Under the pieces are notes generated by a model. It was not told the origin of the DNA. It made no database searches and saw only the letters and a program-made list of their open reading frames with translations. DNA of 64,000 nucleotides from Epiperipatus broadwayi. Its lineage: Eukaryota > Animalia > Onychophora. This document shows, one piece after another, positions 54,212 through 64,000 of this stretch (positions within the stretch are counted from its first letter, which is position 1; each line of letters begins with the position of its first letter). The stretch lies in NCBI GenBank assembly GCA_028023455.1, contig JAQFVV010000003.1:16678001-16742000 (forward strand), read 5' to 3'. Made by a program: the position numbers and the translations under genes.

Positions 54212-54230
54212 TGGCTACCCAACTTGGGCC
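54212..54230 (+). promoter_or_regulatory. PBS, tRNA-Lys(CUU)-like
   Basis: TGGCTACCCAACTTGGGCC vs canonical TGGCGCCCAACGTGGGGC (one extra base, three mismatches), 2 nt after the LTR end. Confidence 0.7.
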
Positions 54231-54794
54231 GATCTTTGATAAACAACCATGAGTGCCCTGAGAATTTTACCATCAGTGCCCTGAGAATTATAAAAATAAA
54301 TTATGCCAGTAACATTTTTCTTTAAAAATCAGTGTATGTATTTTTTTTGTATTAACGTAAGGTTATACTTGGAATTGTGTTTTAAAGGTACTGCCAGTAA
54401 GAAAAATTGCGCATATGTAAAAATAAATGCGAGGAATAAAACGTTAATATTAAAATCTAGATAATAAAATGTAATAATAAATATAAATCATAATTTTTTT
54501 TTTTTAAAAAAAAAGTATTGTTTAAAATCTAATTGTTTAACTTGCTTAAATAATACTTAAAAGTAGGAAAAATGAAACTTGGGAGGGGGCAGAAATTTAG
54601 CTGGTAATAAGAAATCAACAGTCAACATTTTTTTCATCATTATATTTGTGTGTAATTACTGTTTTGTCTTTTAAAAAAAAGTTTTGTTCTTTTGAAATTT
54701 TCATATATAATCAATTTGTGTAATGTAATTACTAACACTAAGTAAATTCTTTTTTTTTTTAATGTTTTTGTTTTTTTGAGGAAGTTTACTGATA

Positions 54795-56133
54795 TGTAAC
54801 GATATATAAATATGCCGTTACATTAAATTGAAATAAAAACTTTTAAGTTCGCAAATAAAAATAAATGTATTAAAAAAAAAACTAAACGCTAAAATTAAAA
54901 TGTTTGTTAAATGTATATATTCGCACAGATGCTAAACTTTAAAAATATTTTTTTTATATAAATAAAAAAAAAAGTATTTGAACATACTATTTTACAAAAA
55001 AGTACAAGATTTAAAGATAAGATATTTTTGTAGATGGAAATGATTGTTTATTAATTATCCAAAAGCTGTGTAATTAAAAAGTCAGATGAAAAATAGATAA
55101 GAGAATAAAGAGATTTTAGCTTGACCAATGGAAGCAAATAAAGGCCTGGACCATAACGAAAAAAATGGAACAGTGATGTTTTTGTTCGTGGAATCCATAG
55201 GAGGACTATAAAAAGAAAAATATTGAGTTCCAGTCAGATTCCAACTTGATTTGGTAAGAAGAATGACAAGACGCACTTGTCGTTCTCTATCACTTATTTT
55301 AAAAATGAAAAGACTGTGATACCAGAATGGAACCAGCTAATGCCACTTCCAGAACATTATCTTCCAATGGAGACATCACAGGAATTAAAAAACAGGAACC
55401 TGGACTCTTCTACCGTAAGCTATATGAACTGAACAATTGTTAAAATCATAAAATTAATTAAGAACTTTCGTCAAGAGTTGACAAATGAATAAACAATCCA
55501 ACTTAAATGTTAAAATGGACTCTTATCTGACTTTTGTAAGTTTTTAGATCAAATTAATAATGTTTAAATTTATATGTTTTGCATTTGATAAACATCATTT
55601 CCATTATTTTTTTATTATATAAATTATTTAAATGCATGAAATTTAAGTTGGGTATAGACGCTGCATGGATTTGTTAATGGTTAATTGTGTTGCTGTTTTA
55701 TATTCAATTGGAATATATAGGTCATTGGTGTCATTGCAGCATCATATGTTGAATGCTACTGGGCTTCTTGTATTCCCTCTGCAATTGACATTATCGATGA
55801 CTTTGTATTTTGATCGGTTATGTTTATTCTGGAACGTTTTGGCTGTGGAATCTATGCAGCCAATCTATACTCAACATTATAAAACAAATTTTATAAAATT
55901 CATCTGTGCGAACATATCTAAATGTTAAATTAAGTCGGGCGTGAATGGCTATATAGATTTGTAAAGTTATATATATAGTTTAGGGAGGGTAATCTTAGGT
56001 TATTTGTTTCATAGTTAAATTGGGTCAATGGATTAGATGTATTGATGTAATTAGTAAATGTAGCAGGAGATCCACTATGGGCAGGATTGCATATATATGC
56101 CACACACCCCGTTTGCCTAATGGAATTGGATAA
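54795..56133 (+). mobile_element. Outer element 3' LTR, left part
   Basis: Aligns to 52202-~53525, starting TGTAACGATATATAAATATGCCGTTACA, and stops at the nested insertion. Confidence 0.88.
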
Positions 56134-56846
56134 TGCTATGTGTGTGTGTATTCACATATACACACAATAATAATAACTCTATTAACTCCATGTATGTGTG
56201 TGTATTAACAGATACACACAATAATAATGTAACTATTACAAATGAATACAAGTATGTGTGTGTATGCTTATTAACAGAGATACGCAATAATAATGTAACT
56301 ATTACAAATATTCAAGTATGTGCGTGTATGCTAAAGGCGTCACAGAAACGATTAAGGTTGGTCAGAGATAACCAGATTGCCCACTTTGTACCTCATGTCA
56401 ATGGATGACCAATGGAAATAGAGAGTGTTACAAACCGGGACGGTGGGAAAAAACAAGGTCAGAATTGCTAGGTGAAGTTGAAGGATGGATGTGTTTTCCT
56501 GAGTGCACAGATACTACTTCACTTTCAGCTCATCTCACGGAAAGGTTTACCTCTGAACGTACCAAGGTAGACCTAGGGACCATTACAGGTCGTATAGACT
56601 CTAATATTATTTATTATAAGCCTGCGGGCCTTTAAGACTAGAGTTGTATAATAATGTGTTAGTCAGTTTATCTTTGTAATAATTGTATTATATGTTGATC
56701 CTTGTATATGTATTTATGTATATAAACCTATTAACTCCACTACCATGTTCGTGTGTTAATTCTATAATATACTTGTCGCTGTTGAGTGCGATAAATCTCA
56801 CTCAAACCTCAACCATATAAATATCCGACTAGTACTGGATATTGCA
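56134..56846 (+). mobile_element. Inner Gypsy 5' LTR (713 bp)
   Basis: TGCTAT...ATTGCA. About 24 substitutions vs the 3' LTR by manual count (~3.4%), no indels seen. Confidence 0.96.
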
Positions 56847-56847
56847 C

Positions 56848-56857
56848 TGGGCAGTCA
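56848..56857 (+). promoter_or_regulatory. Possible short PBS (tRNA-Ser-like)
   Basis: TGGGCAGTC, 1 nt after the LTR, resembles TGGCGCAGTC with one base missing. Confidence 0.35.
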
Positions 56858-56952
56858 TAACAGTTCAATTTGAACCCTAGCAGTCTGCTGACAACCAAAT
56901 AAGTTAGGCAGAATTATTGAAGTAGCAGTATTAAACGAGTTAGTTATATAAA

Positions 56953-59900
56953 TTGCTTAAAATCCAATCGACAATATCCGAGTTTGACATCAGAGAGGCA
57001 AATGAGTGGCCCCTGTATGTTCAACTGATTGAAAATTACTGTTTTATTAACAGAGTAGAGGAAGATGCGTATAAAACAGCGACATTATTATGTTTTGCAG
57101 GAAAAGGGGTCATACAAATAGCTAACAGATTAGCAGAACCCAACACTCCTGAAAAATTAACCTACAATGAGTTAAAAGATCGTTTGTCAAATTATTCTAA
57201 TCCTCGCCCGTCTAGGCACATCGCCAGACTTCATTTTCGAAATCGCCATCAAGGCAGAAACGAAAATACACAGGATTACGACTCAGCTCTACGCGAATTT
57301 GCAAAAAACTGCTGTTATGATTCATATTTAGAAGAAGCGCTACTGGAACAATTCCTATGTGGAATGAATAGCGACAGTTTGAGGCAGCAGTTACTGGCTG
57401 ATAAAGACATAAATTATCATGAAGCTATCAAACGCAGTATCACTCACGAAATAGTGGTGGAGCAAGCAAAAGAATTTGCTTTGAAAAAAGGCATTGATAG
57501 CGATCAAACAGGAATATTTGGTGTTGAAAAACTCAACAAAGGGTCTTCCGATAACAAAACTATTAAACAGACAAATAAAAGTCAGACAAAGTGCTATTGC
57601 TGCGGAAAACTAGGTCATATAGCTAAAGATTGCTATTTCAAACACGATCGATGTAGACTGTGTAAAAAAATAGGTCACATGGTGAGAATGTGTGAAAATA
57701 GAACAATTGACCAAGTTAAAGGAAATAATATACAAAGTATAAATAATACCAAATGTAATATTGTTATAAATAACATGGTTATAAATCAAGCACAGAAATT
57801 TATGACTATTGTGAAAGTTTACAGAAAACCCCTGTTGATGGAAATAGACAGTGGTAGCGGGATTTCTTTAATATCCGTAGCCAACTGGAATTCGATCAGG
57901 GTGGAAATAAGAGAGCCCCCTAGGCTTAGCAATACTAAGCTTAGAGCATCGGATGTAAATGGTAAAGAAATAAAAATTAAGGGTGTAGTCCAAGCCCAAA
58001 TTACGAGTAGTAAAGGCAACATTTCAATCTTGCCACTATATATTGTACACGCCCCCATAAACCCTCTCATTGGTCGGGACTGGTTTACAGAGCTCGGAAT
58101 TGAAATTTCATTGGTCAAAAAAATTGACAGTGAAAAAGACATAAGAGATTGTTTCCCTAAACTTTTTAATGGCAAACCAGGAACGATTAAAACTAAACCT
58201 GTGTCACTGGAAATGTCACCAGAGGCTGTGCCAATAATTTGCAGACCTCGGAAGGTCCCCTTCACACAGAAAGAAAAAGTAGTGAAAGAGATAAATGAGT
58301 TAGTGAAAAACGACATTCTAGAACCGACAGAGGAGACAGAGTGGGCGACTCCACTGGTCGTTATCACCAAACCTAACGGACAGATACGCTTGTGCAGTGA
58401 TTATCGCATAACTGTCAACAAATCTCTAAATAAACACGCATACCCCATTCCAAACTCCAGAGAAATATTAGCATCACTGCAAAAATCAAAATATTTTGCT
58501 AAATTAGATTTAGATGCGGCCTTCCATCAAATTCCAGTAACAAATAAGGCTGCCGAAATTCTAACACTGACTACTCATGTGGGTCTATTAAAATGCAAAT
58601 GCCTCCCATTTGGCATAGCGTCCACTCCCAGTATATTCCAAGCAAAAATTGAAACTCTGCTTACTGGATGCGAGGGCGTTATCCCTTATTTTGATGACAT
58701 ATTAATTACTGCAAGATCAGAAAATGAATTGCATTGTCGTCTAACTACTGTCTGTCAAAGGCTAGAAGAGTTTGGAGTGAAATTAAACACTGAAAAATGT
58801 ATACAGAAGGCCACTGAATTAAAGTTTTTAGGGCACATAGTCTCTAGCTCTGGGACAAGGCCACCCCCGAAAAGGTCAAAGCAGTGTCAGAAGCCAGAAA
58901 GCCTAGTAACGTAAAACAATTGCAGGCTTTTTTGGGTTTGGTAAACTATTTTGAGACTTTCCTAGAGGGCAAAGCTCACATAGCCAAACCATTATACGAG
59001 CTACTGAAAAAGAATCAGAAATGGAAATGGGAAGCAACACAAGAAAGGGCTTTTCAAAATACCAAAGCTTTACTTGTATCAAACAAATTACTGGTACACT
59101 ATGATAGCGATCTTGAAATACTATGATAGCGATCTTGAAATAACACTAACGACTGATGCATCAGAATATGGAGTGGGGGCAGTAATATGTCACCCAGCTC
59201 AATCTGTGGAACGTCCCATAGCATATGCATCGTGCACTTTGTCCAAAGCTGAAAAAAATTGTAGTCAGCTGGATAAGGAAGCGCTAGCTATAGTATTTGG
59301 AATTCGTAAATTCCACCAGTATCTATACGGTCATTATTTCAAAATCATGACAGACCACAAAACACTTCTGGGAATTTTAGGCATCAAACAAATTCCGGAA
59401 CACCTCAGCCCACACATGTTGAGATGGATTAACATACTCGCCGGGTATGATTACAGTCTGGAATATAGAAAGGGAAAGAATATTGGTCACGCCGATGCAT
59501 TATCCCGAATGCCTGACAACTCAGAGAATACAACAAGCGAAATAGAAATCAATTATATTGACACACTTCAAAGCCAGAGGCTTAATAGCTGAAAAGTAGC
59601 AGCATGGACTAATGAAGACGCTGGCTACAAATGGCTGATGGAAAAAATTAGAAGAGGCTGGACAGCACAGCGTCCTCCATTTTTGCACATAGAGCTATGG
59701 AAAGCTCACGAAAAATTATCAATATGTAAAGGTTGCATTCTTAAAGGCGATCAGGTCCTAATACCAAAAATAGGTAGATTGCACATACTAAATTTATTAC
59801 ATGAAGGTCATCCAGGCATTGTCAGGGCAAAAGCGTTAGCCCATATTTATGTATGGTGGCCAAGAATCAGCACTGAGATAGAAACATTCATAAAAAAATA

Positions 59901-60866
59901 TTCTAGCTGTCAGTCATGTGCAAAAGCACCCCCAGCGAAATATGAAGCTTGGAAAAAAGCAGAGAAACCTTGGCAGAGAATTCACATTGACCACTGCGGT
60001 CCAATCCACAGACAATTATTTCTGGTAGTGGTCAATGCCTACTCAGGATGGTCAGAATATAAACCAGTGAAAAACACAAGTTCGGATGAGACACTGGATA
60101 AGCTCATGGAAATTTTTTTATACCACGGGCTACCAGAAACCCTCGTATCCGATAATGGAACCGGTTTCACGTCTGAAAAATTTGCCGAATTTATGCAGGA
60201 ATGGGGGATTAAACACATCCTTACCCCCCCTACCACCCCCAATCAAATGGACTGGCCGAGAAAGTGGTACAAAGCTTAAAGTCATCAATGAATAAATTGG
60301 GAAAAGGAAGACTCCAAGAGGCAGTTTTCATGGCGTTGCTATATCAGCATTCCACACTCATAGCTAAAATGGGCAGATCACCTGCAGAAAAATACTTAGG
60401 CCGGAAATTACGTACAAAGCTCTCAGCAATAATGTCATCAAAAGAGCATCAAATGCCAATTATGACAAACAACAAATTTTCACCTGATGAACGAGTCTGG
60501 GTGAAAAATAATTTAAATAAATCATGGACTCAGGCATACGTGGTACACCATTTAAGTAAACAAGTGGTTGCTGTCCATATGGCAGATGGCAAACAATTGC
60601 GTAAGCACATTAACCAATTGCGCAAGAGTGCAACAACAGAATTCTGTACTCTGCAATTGTTTAAAAGTAATGACAAAGAAAATGATACTCACTATGAAAC
60701 TAAAAGTGAAACAGAAATCATTACTGCTGACGAAGAAAGTCAAAATAGTGAAGAAAATGAAATAGTCACAGATGGTGAAATTAAATCATCCCCACATGCA
60801 AAGAGGAGAACAAAAATTCCCCTCTGCCTGCACGATTATGTGTTAAGTTCAGAGAAGAAGAAATGA
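56953..60866 (+). pseudogene. gag-pol: gag-pol polyprotein, disrupted
   Basis: Gag with CYCCGKLGHIAKDC and CRLCKKIGHMVRMC; protease IDSG; RT WATPLVV...YFDD; RNase H TTDASEYGVGAV...TDHK...HADALSR; integrase HEGHPG...WWP, IHIDHCGP, SDNG, and AER after a frameshift. Lesions: frameshift at ~58865, 22-bp duplication at 59099-59142, in-frame TGA at 59590, frameshift in the C-runs at 60224-60240. The ORF opens on TTG. Confidence 0.96.
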
Positions 60867-60910
60867 AAAAAAAAATCTTTTTTTTAAAAAAAAAGTACGT
60901 CGCTGAACTT

Positions 60911-60920
60911 GGGGCAGGCG
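60911..60920 (+). promoter_or_regulatory. PPT of inner Gypsy
   Basis: GGGGCAGGCG directly before the 3' LTR. Confidence 0.65.
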
Positions 60921-61633
60921 TGCTATGTGTGTGTGTATTCACATATACACGCAATAATAATAACTCTATTAACTCCATGTATGTGTGTGTATTAACAGAT
61001 ACATGCAATAATAATGTAACTATTACAAATGAATACAAGTATGTGTGTGTATGCTTATTAACAGAGATACGCAATAATAATGTAACTATTACAAATATTC
61101 AAGTATGTGCGTGTATGCTAAAGGCGTCACAGAAACGATTAAGGTTGGTCAGAGATAACCAGACTGACCACTTTGTACCTCATGTCATGGGATGACCAAT
61201 GGAAATAGAGAGTGTTACAAACCGGGACGGTGGGAAAAAACAAGGTCAGACTTGCTAGGTGAAGTTGAAAGATGGATGTGTTTTCCTGAGTGCACAGACA
61301 CTACTTCACTTTCAGCTCATCTCTCGGAGAGGTTTACCTCCATACGTACTAAGGTAGACCTAGGGACCATTACAGGTCGTATAGACTTTAATATTATTTA
61401 TTGTAAGCCTGCGGGCCTTTAAGACTAGAGTTGTATAATAATGTGTTAGTCAGTTTATCTTTGTAATAATTGTATTATATATTAATCCTTGTATATGTAT
61501 TTATGTATATAAACCTATTAACTCCACTACCGTGTTCGTGTGTTAATTATATAATATACTTGTCGCTGTTGAGTGCGATAAATCTCACTCAAACCTCGAC
61601 CATATAAATATCCGACTAATACTGGATATTGCA
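60921..61633 (+). mobile_element. Inner Gypsy 3' LTR (713 bp)
   Basis: Direct repeat of 56134-56846. Confidence 0.96.
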
Positions 61634-62320
61634 GATAGTAAGCCGGAAGACGCGGTCCATTCCTATGGAGTGTTTTGTTTATTGTTCTTCTCACCAACAG
61701 ATGTAGCATTCCTGTTTGGTTGAGAGACAATGTCTTCTCTAACTATACTGTTCAGATGTACATTCCTGACAGTATAGTATATTTAGTGCTGTTGTATTTT
61801 CATGCTACATTGAATACATTAATGTATCAGATGGATTGACGCCGGTTTGACTGCGAACTTTTTGCCTAAAGTTAAATAAGGGAAAGAATATTTTCTTTTC
61901 AAATGCAGATCTATGTAGTTTATTCATACTTGACCCTCTAAATAAATATTAAATCTATTATTGCAATCTATTTAAAATTAAAAAGTTAATATAAAAATCT
62001 AAATGTTAAATTTATTCCTCAAATTTTAAAATGATTCAAATTTTATATGTGCATAAATAAATATTTGTTTGTTATTTACTGGCAGTGGCTTTTATTTTTT
62101 ATATATATTGGAGATGCAGAGATAATAAATAACTTAATTAATTTGTATCTCAATGAGCTAGTGACTTGGGCTAATGATCTGAATATTTAAATAAAGTGGA
62201 ATCTTAACAGCACGTACCTGCCTACTTTATAAATTTTTCTAGGTTCGAATGCCTAGATGGCATTCTTGTAGTGCAGATTGTGGTTAGATTCAATCTCCAC
62301 TCTCTTTCTGGATCGTTATA
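61634..62320 (+). mobile_element. Outer element 3' LTR, right part
   Basis: Resumes GATAGTAAG...GAAGACGCG exactly where the first LTR continues (~53522) and ends GGATCGTTATA, followed by (AT)n. Confidence 0.88.
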
Positions 62321-62332
62321 ATATATATATAT

Positions 62333-62755
62333 AAAGAGATTTGAACTCAGACTTTCAATTTACCCACAGCCTCTACTTCATCATTACAACTGACATGTAT
62401 GATACATATTTCATGCTGAAACAGCACTCATCAGTTTTTCCAAATCATCATCTTCCACACATACATATATAATCAGTGCTTGGTTTATATTAAAATAGCA
62501 AATCTTCATACTTTAATGGACAGGCTTCAATCTTCTTCACTCTCCAACTCTTCATCCCTCTATATACAACTGTGTTCTGATTATATATGTATGTGGGAGA
62601 TGATGATCTGGATCAACTGATGAATTCTGATTTACCATAAAATACATATATTAAAGATCATTTAACTTTTTCACATGTATGTGATCATGCATGTTGGTTG
62701 CATAGGATGAAGTAATGGCTGTAGGGAGTTTGAAAGTCTGAGTTCAAATCTCTTT
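62333..62755. mobile_element. Foldback/MITE copy 1 (~420 bp)
   Basis: AAGAGATTTGAACTCAGACTTTCAA at the left and TTGAAAGTCTGAGTTCAAATCTCTT at the right. Internal blocks 62430-62477 and 62577-62622 are also inverted. Confidence 0.8.
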
Positions 62756-62871
62756 TAAATTACATTAATTTCAATATAGTCAATACATTATATGTGTATT
62801 TAAATATTATATATAAATAAATAAATAATATTTAAATACATGTATATTATCTATATTTTAAACAATGTAAT

Positions 62872-63629
62872 TGTAATGGAACTTAGACTTTCAAATTCCC
62901 TACAACTATCCACTTTATCTTATACAACTGACACACTTGACCACATTCATATGAAAAACATAAATGACCTCCAATATTGATATTTTGTGCTGAACCAACA
63001 TTCATCAATTGGTTCAGTTCGCTATCTCCCACATACATATACAATTAATGCTCATTTTATTAAGATAGCAAATCTTCAAACTATAATGGACAAGCTTTAA
63101 TCTTCTCCACACTATAACTCTTCAGACATCCATATCATTAAAAATTTGAGGAGTCCCTTATAATTGCATTAAGGTTAGCATAGATAATATTTAAATATTA
63201 CATATTCAGCCTGTATTCTGCCTATCCCTCTTCTGTATATTTAAATAGACATATTAAGGTGCTATAAATAAGGGGTCAGAGTGACATAAAGGCAACATTG
63301 GTATAGTAATATTGGCATCAACAAGGTCTTTGAATGTTCCATCCTTGGATTTTCAGTGATATGGATGACTGAAGAGTTGGAATGTGAAGATTGAAGCTTG
63401 TCCATTAAAGTTTGAAAACTTGCTACCTTAATATAAACTGAGCACTGATTGTAAATATGTATGGAAGATGGTGATCTGGACCAATTGATGAGTGCTGGTT
63501 CAGCATGAGTTACATATATTGGAAATCATTTACCTTTTTCACATGTTGTATGTGGTCAGGTGTGTCAGTTATATAACATGGAGTGGATAGTTGTGGGGAT
63601 CTAGAAAGTCTGAGTTTAAGTCCATTATA
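62872..63629. mobile_element. Foldback/MITE copy 2 with ~280-bp TIRs and ~190-bp spacer
   Basis: 62872-63152 is the imperfect reverse complement of 63342-63629. Same family as copy 1. The right end abuts (TA)n. Confidence 0.85.
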
Positions 63630-64000
63630 ATATATATATATATTGAAGCAGTAATAAATAGATATAAGGATGATAAGCAATAATAAGCTTCACTAAACAA
63701 TGATGAAGTGATTACAATATAATTTATTTAGACGCTTAAATGTGATTTCAGATAGAGCAGCATATTGCAGAAGCACGAATTATTTTTTGAGGAGAAAATA
63801 AATCTGAATTACTTTTTGAAGGCCACTAAGTATATACATATAAACTTTACAAATACATGCTGCGGTAGAAGAATATTTAATCTGATTATCTGTAATTTAG
63901 TCATTTCTAGTTAGCTAATGACAATTTCTTTTAATCTGTTCATCTTAATTAGTTAATCTTTTAATGTTTTCTGTTCTTTGTCAAAATCATATTTTTTATT

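Larger units (their letters stand above)
56134..61633 (+). mobile_element. Ty3/Gypsy LTR retrotransposon (Mag-like), full length but inactivated
   Basis: Paired 713-bp LTRs with TG...CA ends. TSD GATAA/GATAG, and the uninterrupted LTR copy has a single GATAG. Domain order gag-PR-RT-RH-IN. Two CCHC knuckles and a 5-bp TSD suggest the Mag clade. Confidence 0.96.
52202..62320 (+). mobile_element. Non-autonomous LTR retroelement with ~2-kb LTRs (LARD/TRIM-like), carrying a nested Gypsy
   Basis: Two direct ~2-kb repeats (52202-54209; 54795-56133 plus 61634-62320), a PBS after the first, and ~585 bp of non-coding internal sequence. ATAT on both outer flanks, within (TA)n. Confidence 0.8.

Noticed and set aside
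56405-56635. 76-aa ORF open in both inner LTRs (also 61192-61422)
   Set aside because: At ~3% divergence an ORF often stays open by chance, and many of the differences are amino-acid changing.
57819-58370. 183-aa antisense ORF and other ORFs overlapping gag-pol
   Set aside because: Shadow frames of the pol coding sequence.

Overview
Very AT-rich, repeat-dense eukaryotic (probably invertebrate animal) DNA. No host protein-coding gene can be confidently supported, and most short ORFs in the track are chance ORFs. The window is a stack of mobile elements. (1) A near-complete but disrupted Ty3/Gypsy retrotransposon (56134-61633; 713-bp LTRs, gag-PR-RT-RNaseH-IN, 5-bp TSD) is nested in the 3' LTR of a non-autonomous LTR element (52202-62320) with ~2-kb LTRs, a tRNA-Lys-type PBS and only ~0.6 kb of internal sequence. 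(2) A full-length Buster/SPIN-type hAT transposon (40371-46709, minus strand) has its transposase split by an unclassified 2.67-kb TG...CA insertion with an ATAT TSD and a terminal hairpin. (3) A 303-bp LTR at 1221-1523 is flanked by both a PPT and a PBS. (4) An old ~8-kb array of diverged ~260-325-bp units (~23.95-32.3 kb) is itself interrupted by a pogo-like MITE and a SINE. (5) There are also RTE and L1/Tx1 LINE fragments, several foldback elements and a tRNA-Gly-like GC island. All alignments and counts were done by eye and no database search was run.
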